Assembly (NCBI GenBank): GCA_017964785.1
Contig: JAGCRH010000132.1
Span: 10,910-74,909, forward strand
Source of the DNA: Prevotella sp.
Lineage (GTDB): Bacteria; Bacteroidota; Bacteroidia; Bacteroidales; Bacteroidaceae
Reading direction: 5' to 3'
DNA: 64,000 nucleotides
Below, one piece after another: positions 28,233-37,540 of this stretch; positions within the stretch are counted from its first letter, which is position 1; every line of letters starts with the position of its first letter. Position numbers and translations under genes: made by a program. Under the pieces are notes generated by a model. That model did no database searches. It saw only the letters and a list, made by a program, of their open reading frames with translations, and was not told the origin of the DNA.

Positions 28233-28546
28233 TGCCTCAAATCTGGGGGAAGATTATGCACACCGTGCATAAATGTGCCCTGAATCTGAGGCAGGTTTCT
28301 GCACACCGTGCATAAATGTGTCTTGAAATTGAGGCGGATTTATGCACCCCGTGCATAGATATGCCCTGAAACTTAGGCAGGTTTCTGCACCCCGTGCATA
28401 AATATGCCCTGAATCTGAGGCAAGTTTCACCCCCCGTGCATAAATATGCCCTGAATCTGAGGCGGGTTTCTGCACCCCGTGCATAAATATGTCCCGAATC
28501 TGAGGCAGGTTTCTGCACCCTGTGCATAAGTATGTCCCAAATCCAG
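28233..28546. repeat. Tandem array of about 7 units with a 43-bp period, each with two palindromes (array B)
   Basis: Units start at 28257, 28300, 28343, 28386, 28429, 28471 and 28514. Consensus tgcaccccgtgcataaatatgccctgaatctgaggcaggtttc. Confidence 0.95.
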
Positions 28547-28554
28547 ATCAATCA

Positions 28555-29568
28555 TCACGGGTTTGGAGACTGTTTCACCCCAAAAAGATATTTGGCGAGG
28601 AAAGGACTGAGTCGGATGATATAACTACAGGTCAGACATAATAAAAGAATGATTAAGGATATCGCCATGATGACCAAGAATTCTAGAATTCGGCTATCAT
28701 AGGCCTGAAGTTGTGGGGCAAATTCCATCAGGAAACGAGGCAAGAAGAAAAAATGCAACAGATAAATGTCAAGTGTTCGTGTGCCGACATATTGCATGGG
28801 TTTCTCGATACGAGATTTCTTGAGCCATGAGGCAGAAAGTCGGAAGAGCGTAAACACCATCCACATGCCAGTGATGCCTCCCGCATAGTATCTGAACATC
28901 TCGAACCACAGATTATCCTTATGCGATGTGGAAGCAATCAAGAAAAAAGAAGCAGTTACAAGAAGGATGACCACAGGTTTGTTTGTCCATCGGATAAAGG
29001 TATCAAAATGCCGTCTCATCCAGGCTCCGACATAAAAGAACAAGAAAAGCCGCCAAGCCGTAACGCTCAGGAAACCAAGCATATCGATGATTAACAACTG
29101 GTAACCTTCAGCCGATGAGCGGAGACTATCATAATATCTTGCATAGACAAAAGAGGCAATTGTAATGGCGAAGACCAGAATTGGCGTCCATGTTCTACCC
29201 ATACGGACAATCACCATATAGAGGATAAAGAACTCAAAGAGAACAAATGTAAACCAATAACCTCCCTTCAAAGTGCCGAGTTGATGGAAGAACTCCGGAG
29301 GAGGAGCAAGGAGAAGCAGGAAAATGAATGTTGGCACAATCTGCACCATGAATTTCTTACGAACAATCTGACGGAATGGACGACAACAGACAGGTTCAAA
29401 TAGCCAGCCGCTCAACATAAAGAAACAAGGTAGGCGAAAGAGGATAAATACCGCATTATAGCCCATTCTGGAATCTCCCAGACAGAAATGGCACACATGC
29501 GCGAATACTACGAGGACCATTGTGAATCCTCGCATCGCATCGATGTATGCTATTCTCTGCTTTTCCAT
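28555..29568 (-). CDS. Acyltransferase-3 family #5 (paralog of #1 and #7)
   Basis: Motifs RIAYIDAMRGFTMVLVVFAH, FRLP.FF.LSG, GYWFT, GTRTLDIYLLH and IIRLSPFLA. Confidence 0.9.
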   Translation of the reverse strand: MEKQRIAYIDAMRGFTMVLVVFAHVCHFCLGDSRMGYNAVFILFRLPCFFMLSGWLFEPVCCRPFRQIVRKKFMVQIVPTFIFLLLLAPPPEFFHQLGTLKGGYWFTFVLFEFFILYMVIVRMGRTWTPILVFAITIASFVYARYYDSLRSSAEGYQLLIIDMLGFLSVTAWRLFLFFYVGAWMRRHFDTFIRWTNKPVVILLVTASFFLIASTSHKDNLWFEMFRYYAGGITGMWMVFTLFRLSASWLKKSRIEKPMQYVGTRTLDIYLLHFFFLPRFLMEFAPQLQAYDSRILEFLVIMAISLIILLLCLTCSYIIRLSPFLAKYLFGVKQSPNP

Positions 29569-29577
29569 TTACGACTG

Positions 29578-29635
29578 CAAAAATACAGAAAAAAGACGGA
29601 ACTCTTGGATATTCCAACAGAAAATGTTATTTTTG
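29578..29635. promoter_or_regulatory. Back-to-back -7 boxes (TATTTTTG on - at 29578-29585; TATTTTTG on + at 29628-29635)
   Basis: Two TAnnTTTG matches in the 91-bp divergent intergenic gap. Confidence 0.6.
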
Positions 29636-29659
29636 CACAAAAATAAAAAGAATCGGATT

Positions 29660-31477
29660 ATGCAAGCAATCATCTTGGCAGCAGGCATGGGACGCCGGCT
29701 GGGAGAATATACGAAAGACAACACGAAGTGCATGTTGCCAGTGAATGGGGTGCGCCTCATTGACAGAATGCTGGAACAACTGGCAGAACTGAATCTGAAA
29801 AGAGTTGTCATCGTCGTAGGCTATCAGGCGCAGAACCTGATCGATTATATCAGCCATCGCTATGACGACAGACTCAAGATAGAGTACGTGGAAAACCCCA
29901 TCTATGACAAGACCAACAATATCTACTCGCTGGCACTGGCCAAACAACAAATGCAAGAGGATGACACGCTTCTGTTGGAGAGCGATCTGATCTTTGACGA
30001 TGGGATGCTACGGCTGTTGAGCGAGAACCCCTACCCTAATCTCGCACTTGTGGCCAAGTACGAACAGTGGATGGACGGTACGATGGTACGACTCAATCAT
30101 GATAACAATATCGTGAACTTCGTGCCGAAGGCGGCCTTCGACTACAACGAGGCCAGCAGTTACTATAAGACGGTGAATATCTATAAGTTCAGTCGTGAGT
30201 TCTCGCAGACAAAATACGTGCCATTCCTTGAAGCCTACTCCAAGGCCGTGGGCAACAATGAGTATTATGAGAACGTACTACGTATCATCTCCTTCCTCAA
30301 TAATCACGAACTGAAGGCCTTGCCTATTACCAATGAAAAGTGGTACGAGATAGACGACAAGCAGGATCTGGATATCGCCGAAGCCCTCTTTGCTGACGGG
30401 AAGGATCTTTTGCGAAAGTACTACGGACGCTTTGGCGGTTTCTGGCGTTTCCCAAAGATGCTCGATTTCTGTTACTTGGTGAACCCATACTTCCCCACCC
30501 CACGCGTGATGGATGAGATGAAGGCGAACTTCGAGACATTGTTGTCACAGTATCCTTCAGGCATGAAGGTCAACACTCTCATCGCCAGCAAGTGCTTCGG
30601 GGTCAGTGAGAAATATATCATCCCTGGCAATGGGGCTGCGGAACTCATTAAAGCACTCATGGAAAGTACTACGGGGAAGGTGGGAATCATCCGTCCTACG
30701 TTTGAGGAATATCCCAACCGCTACTACAAAGAAGCGCAGGTGACCTTTGTGCCTGAGAACGAGGACTATCGCTATACCGCCGACGACCTGATGAATTTCT
30801 TTGAGGCCCATCCCGTTGACACCTTATTAATTATCAACCCAGACAATCCCTCAGGCAACTTCATCCCCAAGAGCGACCTGTTCAGGCTCTGCGACTGGAG
30901 TGCGGCAAAGGGTATAAGACTCGTTATCGACGAGAGTTTTGTGGACTTCAGTGAGGATTGGGAAAATAATACCCTGCTCAGCAATGAAATATTGGAAAAG
31001 TATCCGCATCTGATAGTCATGAAGAGTATCTCCAAGTCGTATGGTGTACCAGGCATTCGTCTCGGTATACTGGCATCAGCAGATAAGGAACTGATTGCCG
31101 GACTGAAGAAACAAGTCTCTATCTGGAACCTCAACTCGTTCGCCGAGTTCTTCATGCAGATCTACAACAAGTACGAGAAGGACTATAAGACGGCATGCGG
31201 GAAGTTCCTTGAAGAGCGTGCCGACTTCGAGCAGAAACTTAAGAGCATCAGTTTCTTACGGGTGATGCCTTCGCAGGCCAACTATTTCCTCTGTGAGATC
31301 CTGCCACCCTATACTGCCAATAAGGTGGTGCTCTATATGCTAAAGCATCACAACATTTTGACCCGCGACTGCAGCAACAAGCCCGGTCTTGACGGCAGAC
31401 AATATATGCGCATCGCCGTCCGCAACCACGAAGACAACACAAGGCTGGTTGAGGGACTAAAAGAATTGGAAAAATGA
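29660..31477 (+). CDS. Fusion of a LicC/PntC-like cytidylyltransferase and a PLP-dependent class I/II (CobD/HisC-like) aminotransferase or decarboxylase
   Basis: N-terminal motifs ILAAGMGRRL, YDKTNNIYSL, ESDL, WYEIDD..DL. C-terminal motifs GNGAAELI, NPDNPSG, DESFVDF, KSISKSYGVPGIRLG (PLP Lys), RIAVR. Confidence 0.85.
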   Translation: MQAIILAAGMGRRLGEYTKDNTKCMLPVNGVRLIDRMLEQLAELNLKRVVIVVGYQAQNLIDYISHRYDDRLKIEYVENPIYDKTNNIYSLALAKQQMQEDDTLLLESDLIFDDGMLRLLSENPYPNLALVAKYEQWMDGTMVRLNHDNNIVNFVPKAAFDYNEASSYYKTVNIYKFSREFSQTKYVPFLEAYSKAVGNNEYYENVLRIISFLNNHELKALPITNEKWYEIDDKQDLDIAEALFADGKDLLRKYYGRFGGFWRFPKMLDFCYLVNPYFPTPRVMDEMKANFETLLSQYPSGMKVNTLIASKCFGVSEKYIIPGNGAAELIKALMESTTGKVGIIRPTFEEYPNRYYKEAQVTFVPENEDYRYTADDLMNFFEAHPVDTLLIINPDNPSGNFIPKSDLFRLCDWSAAKGIRLVIDESFVDFSEDWENNTLLSNEILEKYPHLIVMKSISKSYGVPGIRLGILASADKELIAGLKKQVSIWNLNSFAEFFMQIYNKYEKDYKTACGKFLEERADFEQKLKSISFLRVMPSQANYFLCEILPPYTANKVVLYMLKHHNILTRDCSNKPGLDGRQYMRIAVRNHEDNTRLVEGLKELEK

Positions 31478-32487
31478 ATATCTGTATCTGTGGTGGCGGC
31501 AATCTTGGACATGTCTGTGCCGGATTCTTGGCAAACAGAGGCCATCAGGTGTCCATTCTAACGACCAGACCTGAGCGTTGGTCTTCAGTAATTGAGATTG
31601 TTGCTCCAGACGGAAACTTCACAGGAAAACTGGCTCACGTCACTTCAATGCCAGAAGAAGTAATCCCCGAGGCAGGAATGGTATTAGTTTGTCTGCCAGG
31701 CTTTGCCATTCACGAGGAACTGGAGAAGATTAAGCCCTATCTGTCAAAGGGAAGTTTCATAGGGACTGTCGTATCGAGTACTGGTTTTTTCTTTGAAGCA
31801 TTCAAGATACTACCCAAAGACACTGCTCTTTTTGGATTCCAGCGCGTACCATTTATCTCACGAACCATCGCATACGGCCATCGGGCAGAACTGAAAGGCT
31901 ATAAGGAAACACTAAGGGTAGCCATCGAACAGACTGATGACAAGGAACCTATTCGCAAGCAGTTGGAGCAACTTTTTGAAAAGCCAGTCATACTGCTTGA
32001 CAGTTATTACGAGGTGAGTCTCTCAAACAGCAACCCCCTACTCCATCCATCTCGTCTCTACACTATGTGGAAAGACTGGCTGCCTGGTATTACATACACT
32101 CGCAATCCGCAATTTTATGCAGAATGGACACTCGAAGCCTCTAAACTGCTGATAGAGATGGACGAGGAATTTCAGAACCTATTAAAGATTCTCGGTCTGA
32201 AGCCTGGTTGTATTCCTACAATCCTCGACTATTATGAAAGTACGGATGCCAACTCGCTGACTCACAAACTCCAGACCATCAAGGCCTTCCAAGGTATCCT
32301 CTCCCCAATGAAAGAGGTGCCTGGCGGATTCGTCCCTGATTTCACCAGCCGTTACTTCACCGAAGACTTCCCCTACGGCATGCGTTTCATCGTCGAGACC
32401 GCCCAAGAACACCATGTAGCCATTCCCACCATTGAGGAGGTTTACCGTTGGGGTCTTTCAACAATCCAACAAGATGCAACGGATTAA
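31474..32487 (+). CDS. NAD/NADP octopine/nopaline (opine) dehydrogenase family
   Basis: Rossmann motif GGGNLGH, then L.NSNPLLHP.RLY, FY.EW and SRYFTEDFPYG. ATGA-coupled to the fusion gene. Confidence 0.85.
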   Translation: MNICICGGGNLGHVCAGFLANRGHQVSILTTRPERWSSVIEIVAPDGNFTGKLAHVTSMPEEVIPEAGMVLVCLPGFAIHEELEKIKPYLSKGSFIGTVVSSTGFFFEAFKILPKDTALFGFQRVPFISRTIAYGHRAELKGYKETLRVAIEQTDDKEPIRKQLEQLFEKPVILLDSYYEVSLSNSNPLLHPSRLYTMWKDWLPGITYTRNPQFYAEWTLEASKLLIEMDEEFQNLLKILGLKPGCIPTILDYYESTDANSLTHKLQTIKAFQGILSPMKEVPGGFVPDFTSRYFTEDFPYGMRFIVETAQEHHVAIPTIEEVYRWGLSTIQQDATD

Positions 32488-33463
32488 CTGGATAGACTGG
32501 GCGAAGGCATTGGCGGTAATATCTGTCGTGTTCTGCCACCTGCCCCAATCGCAGGAATGGTTCTATTTTCGCTATCTTCAGGCTTGTACTATCACCATCT
32601 TCTTTTTTATTTCAGGGTATCTGAAGAAAGACCGAAGCAGCGATAAAGAAAATTGGAAGAAGTACTGGCATAGCCTTATCCTACCTTATATTATCTATAA
32701 TGTGTTGGTCTATCCCTACTGGCTTGTAAAATATTACATGCTTCATGGTGAAATACCCGATCTTTTTTCAGCCCTTAAACCCATCATCGGTGCAATACTC
32801 TTCGAGCATAGCAGTTCATTTGCCGAGCCCTTAAATGGTCCCCTCTGGTATCTCCCTGCCATCCTCTTTATGCATGTCACCATCGATCTCTGCCGCAAGA
32901 CAAGTTTTTTACACCAAATCATGATTGGACTTTGCATTCTCTCATTTTTCTTTTATGCCGCCAATAAACAATGGGTATTTGTTCATGCCATGACACCTGT
33001 AGGTATTTTCAGACGTCTTCCCTATTACTATATTGGATATTTTATGGGAAGAAGTGGTATGTTTAATAATGTTTGTTTCCACAAGAATTTGATTGGGTGC
33101 TTTATTCTGATAATATTAAGCATCCTGTTCTTCTACTGGCACTTATATGAAGGAAGAACCATACCACATGTACTTTTATTCTACCCGTTCAACATCTGTT
33201 TCCTGTTTGGATTTCTATATAGTTGCAAACTACTCTCAACATACAGGTTTAACTTCATCACCAACCTTTCTATTGGCACATTAGTTGTTATTGGACTACA
33301 CTTCCCTGTGATTGGCATCATCAATCATCTAGTAAACAAGACCGGTTATCTATGGTACGAGGCTCTGCTCACTACCCTATTCGTTATAACCATGCTTTAT
33401 CCCCTCACGATCCTCGCTAAACATCGTTTTCCAATATTCATTGGCAAGCAACAAACAATATGA
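32474..33463 (+). CDS. Acyltransferase-3 family #6
   Basis: Motifs RINWIDWAKALA...VV..H, FFFISGYL, LILPY and PLWYL. Confidence 0.87.
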   Translation: MQRINWIDWAKALAVISVVFCHLPQSQEWFYFRYLQACTITIFFFISGYLKKDRSSDKENWKKYWHSLILPYIIYNVLVYPYWLVKYYMLHGEIPDLFSALKPIIGAILFEHSSSFAEPLNGPLWYLPAILFMHVTIDLCRKTSFLHQIMIGLCILSFFFYAANKQWVFVHAMTPVGIFRRLPYYYIGYFMGRSGMFNNVCFHKNLIGCFILIILSILFFYWHLYEGRTIPHVLLFYPFNICFLFGFLYSCKLLSTYRFNFITNLSIGTLVVIGLHFPVIGIINHLVNKTGYLWYEALLTTLFVITMLYPLTILAKHRFPIFIGKQQTI

Positions 33464-34503
33464 AGCAGACTAAAAGAATAGAATATATTGATGCGCTGAG
33501 AGGATTTGCCATGATACTGGTAATCTATTTCCATATCCCCAGTTATTGTCTGGGCAATGCTTATATTGGTTTTAATAACATCCTCGAATGGGTACGAATG
33601 CCACTGTTCTTTTTTATCAGCGGCTTTGTATTTTACAAGGCAGACAGAATTTGGAATTCAGATACCATCAAAAAAGTACTAAAGAAGAAGTTTATGGTAC
33701 AGATTATCCCTATGGCAGTATTTATGACACTGTTCTTAATTATCTTTGACTATTGGGAATTAAAATCTTTAGGCAGCGACAAAAAAGGCTATTGGTACAC
33801 CTTCGTCCTATTTGAATATTTCATTCTCTACATTGGAGCCGAAACTATATTCAATAGGAATAATACTGGTATGGGAGAGTTATACGTTTTTCTTTCCGTA
33901 TTATTCTTATCAGTTGTATCCTTCTACTATGCAAAATACTGTACAGGTTATTCCGAGGAATTAGGTAATTGGAAAGCATTCTTGGGATTTTTAAGTTTTG
34001 TCAAAATCAGACATTTCATATTCTTCTGGTTTGGTACGTTTGTCAGGAAACACTTTAGTGGTTTTATTATTCTCACAAACAATGTCCTATTTTTGATTAT
34101 AATCATCGCACTTTACCTTACCATGACACTATTCCCAATCGTATATCACACCGAAGGACTTGAATACATGGCATATATGATAACCGGTATGGCAATTTCA
34201 ACAATTGTCTTTACATTCTTCCGTAAAAAGGAATGTCTTTTCACAAAAGACAAGTGGTTGGGGAAATCACTCCAGTTTATCGGTAGAAGAACGCTTGACA
34301 TCTACCTGATACACTATTTCTTCCTTCCCTATCACTGTCTACAAGGTTTCGGGGCATGGCTCATACAGTATGACAGCAAAGTTCTTGAAGTCATGGTCAT
34401 TCTTTTTCTTTCACTATGCATACTTGCCATCAGCCTGATAGTGAGCAAAATCATCCGACTCAGCCCTTTTCTGGCCCACTATCTTTTGGGCGCAAAAATG
34501 TAA
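33460..34503 (+). CDS. Acyltransferase-3 family #7 (paralog of #1 and #5)
   Basis: Motifs RIEYIDALRGFAMILV..FH, RMPLFFFISG, GYWYT, GRRTLDIYLIH and IIRLSPFLA. Confidence 0.9.
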   Translation: MKQTKRIEYIDALRGFAMILVIYFHIPSYCLGNAYIGFNNILEWVRMPLFFFISGFVFYKADRIWNSDTIKKVLKKKFMVQIIPMAVFMTLFLIIFDYWELKSLGSDKKGYWYTFVLFEYFILYIGAETIFNRNNTGMGELYVFLSVLFLSVVSFYYAKYCTGYSEELGNWKAFLGFLSFVKIRHFIFFWFGTFVRKHFSGFIILTNNVLFLIIIIALYLTMTLFPIVYHTEGLEYMAYMITGMAISTIVFTFFRKKECLFTKDKWLGKSLQFIGRRTLDIYLIHYFFLPYHCLQGFGAWLIQYDSKVLEVMVILFLSLCILAISLIVSKIIRLSPFLAHYLLGAKM

Positions 34504-34526
34504 TAAAGAACCCATTAATTCGGAAT

Positions 34527-35648
34527 TTAAAGACTGGATAGACTCTTGAAAAGGTTTTTCCACAAAGGCATAATTATTTCGTCAGAATAACGTAATGATG
34601 ACTCATAGGCGGAATGTCCCAGCCTCTGACGCAAAGACCTGTCATCCATCAACATGCACAATTTCCTAATCATAATCTCCTGATCATCCATCTTCACCAA
34701 AAAACCATTTAAGCCATCAGAGATAATAGATGCAGGTCCATAAGGACAATCGTAAGCCACAACAGGCAATCCACAACTCATAGCCTCAGGAATAACCAAT
34801 CCAAAGGGTTCAAATAATGAGGTTGACACTAAGACGGAACTTGAACGGTAACGATCAAATATTTTATCTGTCGGTTGGCAGATATGAATATTCATATCTA
34901 TTGAACAAGAAACGTTTTCCAAATCCTGACGCAATTCTCCCTCACCATATATGTATAAATGCCAATCAGGAAACTGTGGATATACCTTCTGCCATATCTC
35001 TATCATTTCCATCGGACGTTTCTGATAATCAAAACGTCCAACCCATATTATATTTTTCTGATCAAGGGAAGACAAAGCCCCTTTATTTAAATGCACCATA
35101 TTGGGAATAATCTTCACGCAAGAATGGACCTTACTCCACTCTATTGCGTCATTCTCTGTCAAAGTAACAACTACCTGTGCTTTAGACAATCCCTTCTGAT
35201 ACATGAAACTGAAGAATCTATTCTTCAGACCCTCATGACATATTGTCTTACGAAAAATAGAATGTGACTCTGCCACCAAAGGTATATTCCCTTTCAATCT
35301 TGCCAAAATATTGATATCAAGAGAATTTGCCATCGTACAGACAATCACGTTTGGACATATCGTATGCAATCTTTCTGATAATCGTTGTTCATAAAGATGA
35401 GCCAACCGTCTTGCCACAAGTAATCTTTTTATTCCATGATATCTATATTGATGATAAATATTAATACCTAAATCTTCGAGATGTACTTTTTTCTCTAATG
35501 AATACGGTATAGGATGTGTACCTTGATCTGTTGTCAACATATAGACCTCGTAACCATACTTGGATGACAGATAATTCATCTTATCGACCAAGACACGTTC
35601 AATCCCCCCACATACAGCCAAGGAGCGAAAGACATAGAGTATCCTCAT
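34527..35648 (-). CDS. Glycosyltransferase family 4
   Basis: Motifs GGIERV..DK.NY, VGR..YQK and S.FEPFGLVI.EAMSCGLPVVAYDCPYGP. Confidence 0.9.
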   Translation of the reverse strand: MRILYVFRSLAVCGGIERVLVDKMNYLSSKYGYEVYMLTTDQGTHPIPYSLEKKVHLEDLGINIYHQYRYHGIKRLLVARRLAHLYEQRLSERLHTICPNVIVCTMANSLDINILARLKGNIPLVAESHSIFRKTICHEGLKNRFFSFMYQKGLSKAQVVVTLTENDAIEWSKVHSCVKIIPNMVHLNKGALSSLDQKNIIWVGRFDYQKRPMEMIEIWQKVYPQFPDWHLYIYGEGELRQDLENVSCSIDMNIHICQPTDKIFDRYRSSSVLVSTSLFEPFGLVIPEAMSCGLPVVAYDCPYGPASIISDGLNGFLVKMDDQEIMIRKLCMLMDDRSLRQRLGHSAYESSLRYSDEIIMPLWKNLFKSLSSL

Positions 35649-35652
35649 AAAA

Positions 35653-36504
35653 CTACCTTTTTATCAGGTTATCTTCCGAATCCTCATAGTGATTCGTCGA
35701 GCGGAAGACTCGGGTAATGCCTTTGCCCTGAATCTTAACATGATCGATAAGGCTTTGCAATATAGACTGTTGACCAATAGTACCATAACCAGTCACAGGT
35801 CTCGCCTTTCTATTATACAAAAAGGATATTTTACCAAACTTCTTCAATGACAAAGCCAAAGAGCCATCTTCCCCCCGTCGTATATCCGTTCTAATTCGTA
35901 CTTGTCTAGCATAATCAACCTTAAAAGCGAAGACCATACCCCTCACACATAATTCTGGTCTTTTAAAATGCTGAACGAACAGGAACATATCGCGTACAAA
36001 TTCATAACACTTTAGCCCTAATGAAGAATGGTTTTCGTCTGGAAAAAAACTCCAAAAAGAACTAACGCAGGAAACATTCTGTTTTTTCAAGACCCCCATC
36101 ATTAATTCAACATAACTTGAAGGATATAACGTATCTGCATCAATACAAAAATAATACTTGCCACGAGCATGGTCCAGGCCACACTTCCTAGCGAAACCAG
36201 GACTCTGCTTTACCTCATTATAGTATTGAAGTCCAAACGACTTAAAGACCTCTTCTGTTCTGTCCTTTGAATTGTTGTTAACGCCCAAGATTTCTATTGG
36301 ATACTTAGTTTGTAACTCACTCAGCGACCAAAGACAAGCAGCCAAGCGACACTCTTCATTATAAGCAATAACAACAATACTTACCAATGGTTCAGAAGTC
36401 TGCATACGAAGAAGACGTTCCCTTATATCAATAATTATCTCCTGTGGCACCTCACTTAACGGACGCCCATAGACAGTCATGTATTTATCATACCAATTTG
36501 GCAT
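35653..36504 (-). CDS. Glycosyltransferase family 2
   Basis: Motifs VSIVVIAYNEE, NNNSKD, IDAD and GED; -7 box TATCTTTG at 36520-36527. Confidence 0.85.
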   Translation of the reverse strand: MPNWYDKYMTVYGRPLSEVPQEIIIDIRERLLRMQTSEPLVSIVVIAYNEECRLAACLWSLSELQTKYPIEILGVNNNSKDRTEEVFKSFGLQYYNEVKQSPGFARKCGLDHARGKYYFCIDADTLYPSSYVELMMGVLKKQNVSCVSSFWSFFPDENHSSLGLKCYEFVRDMFLFVQHFKRPELCVRGMVFAFKVDYARQVRIRTDIRRGEDGSLALSLKKFGKISFLYNRKARPVTGYGTIGQQSILQSLIDHVKIQGKGITRVFRSTNHYEDSEDNLIKR

Positions 36505-36585
36505 AGCAACTTTTTTTTGCAAAGATACAAATTAGTTCAAATATAACAAAATTTTCGAATGATATATTATTAACAACAGCCAAAT

Positions 36586-37530
36586 TTATTTGTTTTTGAT
36601 ACCAAACAACAGTAAACTCAACACTCGACTAATCATCAACACCTTAGCGATACCAACTGAAAGAAAAATAAAAGTAAATGCAACAACTAAATATAGAACA
36701 AACTCCATCCAGCGATTATCTATAACTGGCAAATATGGTAGCACAATAAACAAAATAGTAAAATGCAACAAATATATTTGTAACGACAAAGCACCGAGTT
36801 TCGAGAAAAAAGACTCAAACGGCCTGAACCCATTCTTGAAAACCGTTATCAATAAAAGCAGACTGGACAAATTGCCTATAGGCACAAACATCCTCATACC
36901 ACGGACGTGGGTGAAATACAAAGATACAAGGAAGAATAGCAAATAAACCGGCACATAATACCATGTCATAAACCTATACAGTTTATAAGAATAATAGCCC
37001 ATCATAAAGAAAAGATAATAATGCCAGTACAAATTTACACAAAATAGAATATTAAAGATGTTTCCTCTTGGCAATACATACAGATAGATTGTTACCAACC
37101 CAAACCAAATAACATTGATGATAGGAGCAGGAACTCGTGTAAACTGAGACAGACGCTTGACAAAGGACAAAGATACCATAAATTCAAAAAGAACAATCAA
37201 GAACCACAGACCATGTTTATATTCGGATAATGGGATGTTAACAAATTTCGAATGTAAGCCAATGCCCTTAATTATATAAAAAGACAAGAGAGGTAGCAGA
37301 AGCCGAATAGCACGATTCGCTACTAATTGACGGAACCCATACCTGTCTATTGACCGATGTGCCAATAATCCACTAATATACATAAATACGGGAATCTGTA
37401 TGGTATTACATATTGTAAAAACCCATGAATCCACATGTCTGTCAGAAAAGAAATACAAGTGCCCCAATACGATGAGTACGATGGCAAAGCCCTTTGCATA
37501 ATCTAATGCCAAATCTCGTTTAATAGCCAT
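36586..37530 (-). CDS. Acyltransferase-3 family #8
   Basis: Motifs RD..LDYAKGFAIVLIVLGH, P.FMYISG, LWFL and SLQIYLLH. Start is at 37530 or 37548. Confidence 0.87.
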   Translation of the reverse strand: MAIKRDLALDYAKGFAIVLIVLGHLYFFSDRHVDSWVFTICNTIQIPVFMYISGLLAHRSIDRYGFRQLVANRAIRLLLPLLSFYIIKGIGLHSKFVNIPLSEYKHGLWFLIVLFEFMVSLSFVKRLSQFTRVPAPIINVIWFGLVTIYLYVLPRGNIFNILFCVNLYWHYYLFFMMGYYSYKLYRFMTWYYVPVYLLFFLVSLYFTHVRGMRMFVPIGNLSSLLLLITVFKNGFRPFESFFSKLGALSLQIYLLHFTILFIVLPYLPVIDNRWMEFVLYLVVAFTFIFLSVGIAKVLMISRVLSLLLFGIKNK

Positions 37531-37540
37531 ATCATTTATA

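Noticed and set aside
28233-28546. Possible CRISPR array
   Set aside because: The whole 43-bp unit repeats, with no unique spacers between constant repeats, and no cas genes are in the window.
28237-28551. ORFs of 104 aa and 76 aa with repeated peptides (HGVQKPASDSGHIYARG / LRFRAYLCTG)
   Set aside because: These are translations of a repeat whose period (43) is not a multiple of 3, so the peptides rotate between frames. They are most likely non-coding.
29522-29659. N-terminal extensions in the ORF track (also 24966, 28186, 36522, 38452, 38510, 44034, 49936, 54427, 56194)
   Set aside because: They run through promoter boxes or neighbouring genes, or start at weak TTG/GTG codons; downstream ATGs fit the family N-termini better.
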